Below, piece after piece: positions 12,601 to 24,792 of a stretch of DNA of 64,000 bases; position 1 is the stretch's first letter, and the number at the start of each line of letters is the position of its first letter. The notes beneath the pieces are model-generated. The model was not told the origin of the DNA. It was given only the letters and a program-made list of their open reading frames with translations, and searched no databases. The stretch is from NCBI GenBank assembly GCA_015680685.1, contig MNCI01000550.1:171737-235736 (forward strand), written 5' to 3'. The stretch comes from Gnetum montanum (lineage: Eukaryota > Plantae > Gnetophyta). The position numbers and the translations under genes are program-made.

Positions 12601-15090
12601 AGAGACAAAGTTGGGATGCTGCTCCTCAGCGATCAGCATTCCACCCAAGTGTGGCACCACCATGGCTTTCGCCTTCACAAAGAACTCCATGCCAAGAATG
12701 AGCTCAAAGTCATCTAGGGGTTCAACCATGAAGTTGCACTTCCCTTCCCAAAGACCCACTTTGAGGCTAGATGAGATCAGCCCATGCACAGGTTGTGCAC
12801 CCGAGTTCACTGATTTCACTCGGCTCTGGCTCTTGGCGACGGTTAGGCCAAGCTTTTCCACCAATTTCTGAGAGGCAAAGTTGTTAGTGGCTCCTGTGTC
12901 CAGCATTGCGCTCACCTTCTGTCCATCGAGACACACCTCAACGAACAGTAGCTCATTCGGCGCGCAGGATTTCTGGCAAGCCAGAGCGTTCAGTAACTGC
13001 AATGGGTTGCATCACGGATTCGAGCTGCCTTCGCCCTCCGGTTCATCCGTGAGCCGTAGGGATGCAAGTCGCTCTCGCGTGGGACATTCTCGAGCCCGAT
13101 GTGGCCCATCACAAATGAAGCAACCAGAAGAGAATTTCTTTCCTTGGGAGGTTGCTTCTCCCTTGGATTTGGAGGACTCCCCCTCCTTCTTCTTCTCCTG
13201 GTTACCTCGGTGATACTTTCCACTCTTCTTACCCTCGTCCTTGGGCTTTTTCCGGTCTGAATGGGATTCCGGTTTGCCTAGCTTATAATCAACCAAGTCG
13301 TCCGCCGCAGCTATGGCTGATGGCAGATCCTTCATGCTCTACCTTCTAAGCTCCGCCTGAGCCCAGGGTTGCAATCCAGACAAGAAGTTAAACAACTTGT
13401 CTTCCTCCGACATGTTCTTGATGTCAAGCATCAAAGAACTGAAGTCCTTCACGTAGTCGCGAACCATTCCAGTGTGTCGCAACTTACGCAAGGACTCTCT
13501 CGCTAACCAGGCAGCATTGAGAGGCAGGAACTGATCCTTCAGTTCCTTCCGCAAGGATTCCCAAGTGGTGATCCGAGGACCTCCGGCGCTCTCATCGTCC
13601 TCGATGCGATTCCGCCACCACAGTTTAGCATCCCCAACCAGGTACATGCTAGTNNNNNNNNNNNNNNNNNNNNNNNNNNNNNNNNNNNNNNNNNNNNNNN
13701 NNNNNNNNNNNNNNNNNNNNNNNNNNNNNNNNNNNNNNNNNNNNNNNNNNNNNNNNNNNNNNNNNNNNNNNNNNNNNNNNNNNNNNNNNNNNNNNNNNNN
13801 NNNNNNNNNNNNNNNNNNNNNNNNNNNNNNNNNNNNNNNNNNNNNNNNNNNNNNNNNNNNNNNNNNNNNNNNNNNNNNNNNNNNNNNNNNNNNNNNNNNN
13901 NNNNNNNNNNNNNNNNNNNNNNNNNNNNNNNNNNNNNNNNNNNNNNNNNNNNNNNNNNNNNNNNNNNNNNNNNNNNNNNNNNNNNNNNNNNNNNNNNNNN
14001 NNNNNNNNNNNNNNNNNNNNNNNNNNNNNNNNNNNNNNNNNNNNNNNNNNNNNNNNNNNNNNNNNNNNNNNNNNNNNNNNNNNNNNNNNNNNNNNNNNNN
14101 NNNNNNNNNNNNNNNNNNNNNNNNNNNNNNNNNNNNNNNNNNNNNNNNNNNNNNNNNNNNNNNNNNNNNNNNNNNNNNNNNNNNNNNNNNNNNNNNNNNN
14201 NNNNNNNNNNNNNNNNNNNNNNNNNNNNNNNNNNNNNNNNNNNNNNNNNNNNNNNNNNNNNNNNNNNNNNNNNNNNNNNNNNNNNNNNNNNNNNNNNNNN
14301 NNNNNNNNNNNNNNNNNNNNNNNNNNNNNNNNNNNNNNNNNNNNNNNNNNNNNNNNNNNNNNNNNNNNNNNNNNNNNNNNNNNNNNNNNNNNNNNNNNNN
14401 NNNNNNNNNNNNNNNNNNNNNNNNNNNNNNNNNNNNNNNNNNNNNNNNNNNNNNNNNNNNNNNNNNNNNNNNNNNNNNNNNNNNNNNNNNNNNNNNNNNN
14501 NNNNNNNNNNNNNNNNNNNNNGCAAGGACTCTCTCGCTAACCAGGCAGCATTGAGAGGCAGGAACTGATCCTTCAGTTCCTTCCGCAAGGATTCCCAAGT
14601 GGTGATCCGAGGACCTCCGGCGCTCTCATCGTCCTCGATGCGATTCCGCCACCACAGTTTAGCATCCCCAACCAGGTACATGCTAGTGATCGTCACTCTT
14701 TGATCTTCAGGGACGCGAGCAGCACAAAAGTATTGCTCCATATCCCACAAGAAGTTCTCCAACTCCTTGGCATTACGACTTCCACTGAATTGCTTCGATT
14801 CCGGGACTTTTAGCTTAGAAACGTCATGGGAATCGCCCCCACAAGAAGATCTTACAACAATCTTCTTCAGCAACGTGAGGTCATCCTCAAGGGACGACAG
14901 GCGTTCCTTTAAGCCTTCGATCTGCTCCACATGAGCAGTGAGCTCGCAATGCACCACGTCGCTGCTCTCTTGCAGATCAACGATCCTCCGCTGGTGCAAA
15001 GAAGCTTGCTCAGCCATCGTCTGAGCATCAGGCGCAGGGCCTCCCAACAGCGCTTCCAAAACAGCTACCTGTTCTGCCAGATCCTCCATT
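9610..15090 (-). pseudogene. gag-pol polyprotein (gag-PR-RT-RH-IN-chromo) with premature stops
   Basis: ORF segments 13539-15122, 13012-13335, 11566-13002, 10471-11496 and 9829-10464 are consecutive parts of one polyprotein broken by isolated stops. Confidence 0.9.
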
Positions 15091-15116
15091 TCGTTTTTCA
15101 GGCTCTGATACCAACT

Positions 15117-15816
15117 TATCACGGGGCAGAAACCGCAGCAGAATTTTTCACGATTCCTACCGAGTGATGGCGCTAAGAACCGCTCTTAGCCAGCCCCTCG
15201 AAATGCTCGAATCGCAACGAGAACCCAATCGAAACGAAACGAAGCGCAACAGAGACAACTCACAACGCACCCAAAGACGCACGAAACCAGAGGCACTCAG
15301 ATACAAGCAAAAACTCCAACCTTTACTACTCGCAAAAGGCTATACAACAATCCCTGAAGCTCTCTCTCAAATGCGAGAACGCTTCAGGTTTTATAGACAC
15401 GGACACCCCCGGCCTTGCCAATTCCAATTGGCCATGTCATAGTTACAAAACGGGCACTGCACCTCCACTGAGAGTGCTAGTTCCTGAACTCGAGTGTTGC
15501 ATGCGACGCACCTGGGTGCATCCCGCTCCGAAATCACATGTCTCCTGCATGCGTTCCAAGTCACCACTTACCGAAAGCGACTGTCAGTGTCTCTGGATGC
15601 CAACCCAGAGTTGAGTATCAATTGCCCAGCAGACTGGATACTCGTGGAAGCTTCATCTTCCATTCGTGCGCTCCGACGCACTTGAGTACTCCTACTCATA
15701 TTTGTTCTTCTGCGGCCAATAGAAACGACGCCACACCTCCGAGTGCGGGTCAGTTTGGCACATCCCTCGCATCGGCCTGCACGCGAGTTCGAGGCAGCTT
15801 TCAAGACGGTGTGACA
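15117..15816 (-). repeat. 5' LTR of Galadriel-like element
   Basis: Adjacent to the PBS; the inner terminus is mutated (plus TATCAC instead of TGTCAC). Confidence 0.95.
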
Positions 15817-17399
15817 GTATGTATGTACGAAATTGGATTCTGATTATATCCTTTTCAGGACTCAGCTGGTGTTGGTGGTAAGTATGTATGTATGTATGCT
15901 TTAGATTACGATTATCCTTTTTCATCATCAGTCAAACTAATGGCATGGCATGGCAAGCTATTATTTCTTATAATGCAACTGGCAATAGCAGATTCATTCC
16001 AACAAAGGATAACATTCGGGCATGGAGGATAGAGAAGGAGATCAAATGCACGCTAAGAAAGATGATAGAGAAACGAATGGAGGATTTGAAAGATAACGAA
16101 TACCGGCAGCGTGGGAAAGATCTGCTGGATATAATGATGTTGGATAAAGAGGGCTGTTTTAGCAGGGACGACATAATGGACAATTGCAAGACGTTTTATT
16201 TCGCAGGCCATGAGACGACGTCTGTGCTGCTGACATGGTGCTGTTGGCCATGTATCCTGAATGGCAGCACAAAACCCGCCAGGAAGTTGTTGCTAACTGT
16301 GGTAGCCACCAAACTTTGCGTGCTCAGGATCTGTCCCACCTAAAAACGGTGAGTTACTGAAGCATTTTAAAGGCATCACTGCGTATTTCCACGCAACTTA
16401 ACTTATTTTACTGTATTACCTGACCGGTAGATGACTATGGCGGTGAACGAAACGCTGAGACTGTATCCGCCTGTGCCGGTGAATGGCAGGAGGACTTGCA
16501 ACGACTTTGAAATTGAAGGTTTAACGATTCCAGAAGGAGTTGATGTTCTGGTGCCCACACTACTGGTGCATCATGACGAACAAATCTGGGGAAGCGATGC
16601 CAAAGAGTTCAATCCGCAAAGATTTGCAGACGGAGTTGCAAATGCTCTGCTGGATCCATCAATGGTGCTGGGCGCATATCTACCCTTCGGACTGGGTCCC
16701 AGAATTTGCGTGGGTATGAATTTCGCCTTGATTGAGAGCAAGGTGGTTCTGGCCATGATTCTTCAGCGATTTGAGTTCAGACTTTCTCCCTCCTATGTTC
16801 ATTGCCCTCATGGCCTCATCACCATCCGCCCACAACATGGCGCTCAGGTTATCTTTAATGACCTTTCTTAAGACATTCAGGTAATGAAAGAAAATAAACG
16901 AATTCAGAACCGCACAGACTCTGGGCAAGAATTCGCGTTACAGTTTCCACTTGACCGTAATTGTTGTTCTTTCCTGTTCCGTCATGGGTCTTCGTCAACA
17001 AGAACGTAATAATGACTTGTTTTAATCTTTTCATATTGCTGATCAACAAAATCAAATAAATTACACTTCCGCTTGGCACTGATGACATCCTGGTTCGTTA
17101 TGATTTATACGGAGCGCCCTGATTACGAAACATAAATCAGCTATTTCAGGACCTAAAGTATTGCTAAGAAAAGATTTCGCATAGCTTGAAGTATTCAACG
17201 TAAAAACAAGAAACAAAACTGATTTGAAGGCTTCATCCAGCAAACAAATCAAGTATCATCCTCTTTACTAACGCCCATGTTGAATTTAAGTATTCAATAA
17301 TACCCTTAGACACAGATCAATTAAGAACAACTGCATACAATAAAAAACTTATTTGGAAATAAAAACACAGAATCGCAACATATTGGGAATTAAAAGTTG

Positions 17400-20300
17400 T
17401 CAATGGGTCCGATGTCGCCTGCAAGTCGTTCTAGTTCTCCTGCAGCACTGACCGCATGCACCGTTGACACAATGCTTAGCACGTCTGTCATTGCATCCAT
17501 GAAACGAGCAATTCAATGATGACTGCGTATTCGGCACTGTAGTGGGAACGTAGAGTTGTCTTGACAAAGATGAACGTCCAGTATGTTCTTGACGCATGCC
17601 TGGGAAAACGGTCTGACACGGATACGCATATGACTTGGGAAAAGAATGAAATGTTGATGGCCCAGAGTAGAAGTTGTGTACAGGTAGCAAAGGTGGATGG
17701 GGATTAAAATTATAATTTGCTGACGAACTTGCAATACTTGAGGCATGCAGATTGTTATCTCTTGCATAAAAAACTCTCGGGTTCTGGGCTTCCATGTTAA
17801 TCAGATGCCGCTGAAGTATGGCTCCGTCTCGCTGGAAGAAATTACCGTGTTGTTCGACGGGCCCACTGCGTACAATGACATGGGATTTTCCTGTAGGATT
17901 TATACCAGAAACATTTTCCTTGGCGGACTGCCTAATCCCATGGTTTCTCTGAAAGCTTTTTTCTTTGGGTGGATATTGAGGTTTCCTTTCCAAGCCGCCC
18001 CGGTTAGGAAAAGATTTCTCTGATCCCCTACAAGTTTCCAGTTTCTCAGTTTTGCGTCTTTTTGTGGAAGGTTCAGCAGCGATCTGGGTGGACGGACGTT
18101 TGTTTCCTGCCAATAAAATCAAGCCACAGATATCATGTTAAAAACAGAAAACATCTGACAGTTTCCTTTCTAACAATAAATTGCTCTGCAACAGTTCACA
18201 TACCAGTGTTTCTGTACTCATCTTTTGCAGCAGCTCTAATAGTTCTTGCAACAGATCCTCGTTGATGTTTCTCTGCCAAAACTTTTGCTCTCTCTGATTC
18301 GTCCTTCCAAGGCTACACGAATTAAAGCCATAAAAAAACCGTTGTCTGCACTTTAAAAACCAGTGACAAATTCTAGAATAGTGACACAATAACATACAAG
18401 AATACCTGGCGAGAAATACGCATGCGATACAAATTGCGGCCTTTGATAAGGAGGAGATGAAGAGGAGCCAAGGGTTTGACCCCAACACTCCAAAGAACTT
18501 CAACCTAGATTACCAAAAAATAATAAGAAAAGTTTGCTATAAAAACATTTACTTGGTAAGAGTGTTCTCTTAAATGCTTATTTACTGTGAAAGTGTGCTG
18601 TTGTTTTGCTTTCCCGTAGCTCTCCTTTATCACTCTTCCTGCTACAGTCCTCTTTCCCAGAGGAGTTTGAACTCTGCCTCGCGATGCTACATCATATCTA
18701 TAAAAAATAGTTCATAAAGCATTGAATGCAAAGACAAATAATGAAATGCTTAACGCAAGTGAAATCTTGTAATTACTTTTGATGTACCCGTTGTGAAAAT
18801 AAAACAACATCACCAGCACAAACATCCCCTGTCCGATAAGGTGGCATTTCAGTGATTAATGATCAGAAGCATGTCTTTCCAACAAAAGTGCAAAATAGCC
18901 TACCTTTACAGTTAATCATAAATGATGTTCTTGGATACAAGGTTTGAGCACCTTTAGCTGCAATCCTGATAAACAGAGAACTATAACATAAGCGTATGCT
19001 TTCATTCATAAGCAGCATATGTTTCACACCTACATTTATTTCAGAAATATTCTAAGATCAACAAAAGTGAGATTGCCCATTAGGGCTGTTATCAAGAACT
19101 TTATCCCTATGCTTTTTTTTGTTGAGTTTTTTTTTTTTTTTTTAAAGATACCTACACGAATATGAACAAAAACTGTGTATTAACAATATATTAGGAGCAT
19201 TATACCAATCATAATACATAAATATTTTAATATAAGTTAACAATACAAAATAATCAAAAGTAACAATAAAAATAATTCCACCAGTCGCATGACATACTTT
19301 TATCACACAGATTGTGTCAACTACTACAGGTAAACATTCATCTATTTTACTGAATCATCGAAATGATAACTTTATATCATACTGAATGAATGTCTTCTTT
19401 GTATGTTCATTAACAAAGAAATTAGTTAGTAAGAGCCCTTAATTTCTATCACAGAACAGAAGGAGATCTTGAGGTCGTCCTCGAAACATGGAAGCTTAGA
19501 AATACTACAAAGCCATCCTCTTTGCCTTCATACTATCAATTTGGGATTTGACTTTGCTGTTAGGATTTATCAATGTTTTCATAATCAACTATTGTTCCTG
19601 ATACCAATCAGTAACATTTTTTGTAATAGGATTAAATGAGCCCCTGTGACAAGGATTTCCCGTAACTAGTATTTAAGTATGAAATCAACCTTTTCAGGTG
19701 CCGTTGTAACAGACCTATGTCTATAAGAAAAAATTTTATATTACAGTCATTTTCTCTCTTAATGTCATGTCTAGACACACTTTAATTGTAAATAATACCT
19801 CTCTATCAAGCAGCTTATATCTCATCTTCTGGCTAGTGAGCAAATTACCTGTTTATAAACCTAAAAGGGTACCAAATTGCAAACATCTCCTTCCCATCAA
19901 ATGGCTTTTGACATATCAATACGGGTCTGTGTTGATAAATGCTTCTGTCTAAAACACTTCTCGCTTTTGCTTCAGGTTTTCAAGGATTACATGGCAAGCA
20001 GTTCAGAGCCACCAAGCACCAAAAATCTAAGCTGAAAACTATAGCATACATGGAACTTCCTATTTTTAACATACAAAGCAACAAGCTTATGTTTTGAGTG
20101 GCTATGCCCAGGCTCGAATCCAGGTCTTACAACTTAACAAACGAGCACCTTACCATCACTCCAAGTGGTGATCCTCTAGGCTTCACAATAGCAAACTTAA
20201 AATTGCAGGTTAAAACAAGTGTTTATTATATCCTTGTTACTAATGACAAAAGCTATAAAAAGTTGAGAAACCAACTTCATGTGATGAATGTCATTAAAAT

Positions 20301-23300
20301 AGACCATACAATTTACAACTTGAGACCTCCTTCAAAGTATTGCATGAACCTGATAACCTGATAACTAACTCTTAAAAGCTGTCAATCCTAGAGAACTTGA
20401 TCCAACTCCAAATTTTAGTTAGCATATTTCTTTAAATATTTTAATCACTAAAAACAGTAACATAAATTCATTAAAAATACTGATTCCTTACGACAAAGAC
20501 CACAGCACTTACTCCATGTGCTCCTTCATTCGCTGAATACAAACTGATTTATTTCCGGATAATATAAGTCCATGCTTTCGCAAATAGGCCTTACAATCAT
20601 CCAGTTTCAGTTGGCTCAAATCACCTCTTCCTGTTCACTTTAAAGCATAGACAAATCAATTTTCAATTCACAAGTTTGTTGAGTTACAATTAGTCCATTC
20701 TTAAATTAACATCAATAATCCTATGAGATAAAAATTACAGAAAACGTGTTGAAAAAATTGCCGGAGCATGACCTTTTCCCAGGGGAAAATCACATTTTAA
20801 TGACTGAGATTTGTGAAACTCTGGCTAATACTTACATCTGTAATAAAAGACTGACTTCATTGGACAAGATTAATGTACACGTTATAAGTTGGAGTTAATA
20901 GTTGAAAAAGCTCTAATAAATTATCAGCAATTAACTTCCAAATTCTCAAAATTTATTGCGAAACGCTGCAAGAATATATTCTGTTCATCCTATATAGAGT
21001 TCTGTAAGCACAATCTGTAATACTGTTCTTATAGAAAGAATTTTAACAATCTGTGAATTTCAGTTTTGGAATCATAGAGTTGCATTCCCACCTTGTTAGA
21101 AATCTACACTCCTAATTGAGTTATTGATTTATGAATCAATCATATTAGTTAGCAATTTACTATTAGCTAAATGAGTGCAGAGAACATCCCATTAAAACAA
21201 TTTGTCAATTTAACTAATTAATTAGTTCATACCATACTTATGAAGATCAGATCAGTATTGTGATCCAAACAATTGCAATCTGGATCAGTTCAAGATTGCA
21301 AACCAGCTTGGAATCATGATTCCAAATTAAAAATCATGATTCTGGATCAGAATTGCAGGCAAGTCCAGATGATTCTAGCTAATTCTAGATGATTCTGGGG
21401 CATTCCAAAAGATTTTAGGCAATTCCAGAATCTTTAAAATACCAATTAGAAATTAACACTATTTTAACACTTAACATTTCTTTAAACATTAAAACATCAA
21501 GAGAATAACAAAATTCAAGATTTAATACAGCTATTAAAGTAGAAAGAATATGTATAGAACATTTTGAATATGCAATTAGCAATTTCAAGGTTTTCAGCAC
21601 TTTGGCTACACATTCTTCTACAAGGAACAATGCATTTGGAGCACAACGCATTATTGGGGAGCTCAGTAGCACATTCTTCAAGAGCTCAGCAATGCATTCT
21701 ACAACTTCTTTTGAATCACTTCAGTAGCTGATTTCAGATATTCTTCAGCTCATTTGTTTTAATTGATGGTGAATACTGAATACTACAGTGTAGCACAAAG
21801 AAGCAACCTGTAGTGTAGCTTACCTTTGAAACTTTTTGTAATGCATTTGAGGGTATAAACAATGAATTTATGTTGATGTTCATGCTTAATGCAATGTAGT
21901 TATATTAATATGTTAAGAAATTTCTATTTTAAAGTTGAAAATATTGAATTTTTTATCAATTTTCAATTTTTTTTCTTCTTACTTGCATACACTTTTGAAA
22001 ATGATTAAAAATATAATATTTTTTAATCCTTTTTAATATCATGATTCCACGCAATTCTAAATCACAATCTGTGATCCAAAATCTTAGGAATGAAAAAACA
22101 ATCTACAATCCTATCAATGTTCATGAGTATGGTTAGTACCTATGTTCATGAGTATGGTTAGTACCTAAGGGACATTATTTTTAGTTATAATCCTTGTTTT
22201 CTATAGCCTCATAAACTAAACGTCAGGTATTTATCCATTGGCAGGTAGCCATTTCTCCAAATATTCAATCAATATTGCTCCCCCCAAATTTGTTCAGTTT
22301 TTAACAGATTTCTGTACTTTAAAATTTGCACAAATTACCTCAGCAAACATTTATTAAAATTTGAAAAACAGCTTTGTCTACATCTACCACAAAAGTTTTC
22401 TCATTTAAACACTTCAGATCATATTCAATTACTATTCTCAGTATTATTCCCTAATAATATATGAAAATTAATTTTGGCCAAGAGGCCAACTACCAATCAT
22501 AGATCGGTAACACTAAATAGTATTTCGTCCATAATGCTCCAAGGAGAGCTTATCGTAATGCTAAATAATATTCCGTCCATAATGCTGAAGGGAGAGCTTC
22601 TTGGTAACACTAAATAATATTTCATCCATAACATTCCAAGGAGAGCTAAATAATATTTTATCCATAATACCAGCATATTTGCTCCAAGCAATCTATGGCT
22701 TCTATGTTTATGTCTTCTTATTGCAATGCACAAAGAATAAATTCGAAAGGGCATGGGAGTATGTATGGAAACAACAATCCATGAAAATTCAAAATATTTT
22801 ATAGCACTAGTACCAAACCTAGAATTAGTTAATTCAATGCACAAGGAATAAAATTCAGAAGGGCATGGAAGTATGTATTGAAACAACAATCCATGAAAAT
22901 TCAAAATATTTTGTACCACAAGATTTAGGACCAAACTTGGAATTAGTTATCCTTCTCATCATGCAATCATAGCAATCTCACCTAAATTGTTATAGAATAC
23001 ATAGAATTTGGTAAAATGGCAACTTGGATAATTTTTAATACAATAGATGAACTAAACTTCAACTTCGTTTTTGCAAGATTCTCTCGGCCAAATTATAGGC
23101 ATATATATTAAATATATAACTAAGCTAGTAGTAGCAATTTCATTTGGAATTACATCACAGTTTGTGAAAAGTATATTTCCTTCATTAGGCAAGTTGGATC
23201 TCTGAAATGTTTGGTAAAGGTGGCTCTCACTAATAATATAATCATCCAATTAATCCATCACATGATCAAAAGTTGTGAAATGAACATTTCAACATTTTTC

Positions 23301-24792
23301 TTTCCATCAAAAAGACAAAACAAAACAAAGCCAAATTGCACAAGAAGAGATTCCTTGAATCCAACAGAAAGGGCCCCTTTATAGAGATATTTCATTTTTT
23401 GAATGCTGAAGGAGTAAATGGGAATGCATCGATTAATCAAAAGTTGAGAAATGAACATTTAAAAATTTCTTTCCAAAAAACAAAAAAACACAAAGCCAAA
23501 TTCCACAAGAAAAGATTCCTTGAATCCAACAGAAAGGACCCTTATATGGATAAGTAGATTTTCTGAATGCTCTAGGAGTAAATGGGTTCAGGATGAAGTC
23601 ATGAGAAATGCTCAATAAAGTGAGAAGCAACAGCGTGGAAATATAGTATCAGCCTAAACAGAGATGAAAACAAGCAAAAGGAAAGCGGAAAAGAAATTGG
23701 TTAGAGTGTCCAGAAAGTAAACCCAATGGTACTAAGAGAATTTTTCTCATTATAAGCAGAATTGTGCCTTTAAAAATGCTTACAGAAATGAACTTCAAAG
23801 ACTTCAGTAGTCAAGCATCACATAAGTGCAGTTAAAATACTCAAATATATGAGTGCAATCATGAAAGCACAGGATACGTGATACAATTTCTAGTTGTATG
23901 CATTCATGAATAAATTATTATATTTTCTTTAACGTACAGGCTGTTACTCTATTTATTTGACATTGTTTGTAATATGATAAAGAGCAAGCAAACAAAGCCC
24001 ACATTCTACTAGAATTAGTTTAAATATATTAAATCAGCTTTTAAAATATCAAATTCTTTACAATTATGTCAATAATCTTACTTTCCTGAGAAATTAGAAA
24101 AATGCTAAATTTCTCGGCGAAGGCAATAAACTGCAACACCTAACATACGAATATGAAACCCTCGGCTAACACGAGAGAAAAAAAGAGAGATATTCTGCAA
24201 AGAAATAAGACTTGCCCTAACCTGCAAATGCCTAGATTCAGTAGATTGTTATTAATCGGTCCGCCTGTATTGTTTTTAATAGGTTCATTTATAACAGTTA
24301 ATTGACACACGAATTATTCACTTAAACAAAACAGAAATCGGGTAGAACTGCCACAAAACCTTTTAACACTCTGCATGCTTTTGCATCATGATCTTTTTCC
24401 GTTTGTTTCTCCTTCTTTATATCATTGCATGATTTCTCGTCTTCGTCATTTTCATCATCCTCCACACTTTCACTTTCATCATTCTCGCTGACACTGCCAT
24501 AGAAGACTGACGGTATTAACTTGTTGATCCCTTTAACTACAATTCATAGTAAATATAGAACGTCAAACAGATCGAAATCTTGCCTGGCGGAATCTAGCTC
24601 ATCAACGGGATCGAAATCCGAAGATTCGTCATTTTCCTCTTCCTCGTCCTCCTCGTCTTCCTCATCTTCTTCATCTTCTCTTTCTTCATCTCGTTCGTCG
24701 TCATTGTTATCTTCTTCGCTGGAAGAAACATCAACGAAATCCTTATTTTCGTGTTCGTCCCCAGAAATGTCGACGACATTTTCATTATCCAT
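17400..24792 (-). CDS. SAP-domain protein related to plant zinc finger CCCH domain protein 62-like family, 533 aa; exons 24792-24584, 24493-24360, 20630-20513, 18965-18904, 18828-18777, 18697-18586, 18504-18406, 18312-18204, 18106-17400
   Basis: Nine exons join in frame (1602 nt). Acidic N-terminus; SAP motif LSQLKLDDCKAYLRKHGLILSGNKSVCIQRMKEH; conserved family block YPRTSFMINCKGDVCAGDVVLFSQ...GKRTVAGRVIKESYGKAKQQHTFTVEVLWSVGVKPLAPLHLLLIKGRNLYR..QPWKDESERAKVLAEKHQRG; Cys/His C-terminus. Seven GT-AG introns and one GC-AG intron. Confidence 0.88.
20098..20177 (-). mobile_element. tRNA-derived SINE-like head (degenerate) in an intron
   Basis: Minus strand A-box-like TGGAGTGATGG and B-box-like GATTCGAGCC at tRNA-like spacing; no complete cloverleaf. 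Confidence 0.45.
21231..22133. mobile_element. Possible non-autonomous DNA transposon (MITE/hAT-like)
   Basis: ACCATACTTATGAA (21231) matches the reverse complement of TTCATGAGTATGGT (22120-22133) at 13/14; GATC/GATTC/AATC-rich subtermini; no clean TSD found. Confidence 0.4.
22506..22950. repeat. Intronic tandem repeats: about four 38-48 bp units, then a ~115-bp duplication
   Basis: TAAATAATATT..TCCATAATGCT..AAGGAGAGCT units; GCAATGCACAA.GAATAAATTC.GAAGGGCATGG... present twice. Confidence 0.75.
23263..23590. repeat. Intronic ~173-bp tandem duplication
   Basis: ATCAAAAGTTG.GAAATGAACATTT...CCTTGAATCCAACAGAAAGG...GAATGCT..AGGAGTAAATGGG present twice. Confidence 0.8.

Larger units (their letters stand above)
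8901..15816 (-). mobile_element. Full-length Ty3/Gypsy chromovirus, Galadriel-like, inserted antisense in P450 intron 1
   Basis: LTRs 8901-9595 and 15117-15816; TSD GTATG (8896-8900 and 15817-15821); iMet PBS TGGTATCAGAGC 15102-15113; PPT GGCGGGGGTGGG ~9598-9609. Gag KLKVPESKQFSGSRNAKELENFLWDMEQYF, CFICDGPHRAREC knuckle, protease LDTGA, RT YLDD, RNaseH, integrase, chromodomain (ILDHR..YLVQWQG..DATWE ~9680-9790). Confidence 0.95.
8179..16871 (+). pseudogene. Cytochrome P450, CYP72 clan, pseudogene; exons 8179-8895, 15992-16348, 16431-16871
   Basis: N-anchor MDYAAYLVGMALALVAA; IRHVLERQGIREMPYCPLVGN; WARQRR (WxxxR); EIEVLEEFRRLMADVIAAVSFGSSY; CKTFYFAGHETT (I-helix); ETLR (ExxR); PQRF; heme motif FGLGPRICVG. 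GT-AG introns at the LPGSR|F and LKT|M positions. Frameshifts near 8230, 8340, 8560 and 16240. Confidence 0.92.

Noticed and set aside
13488-14687. Apparent tandem duplication in gag and long X-containing ORFs across the N gap
   Set aside because: 13488-13653 and 14522-14687 are identical 166-bp contig ends flanking the gap. This is an unmerged overlap, so the 868-N gap is probably spurious.
24222-24231. 10-nt microexon candidate (TAG|GCATTTGCAG|GTTAGG on minus)
   Set aside because: Its inclusion breaks the frame between exons 2 and 3; unsupported without RNA data.
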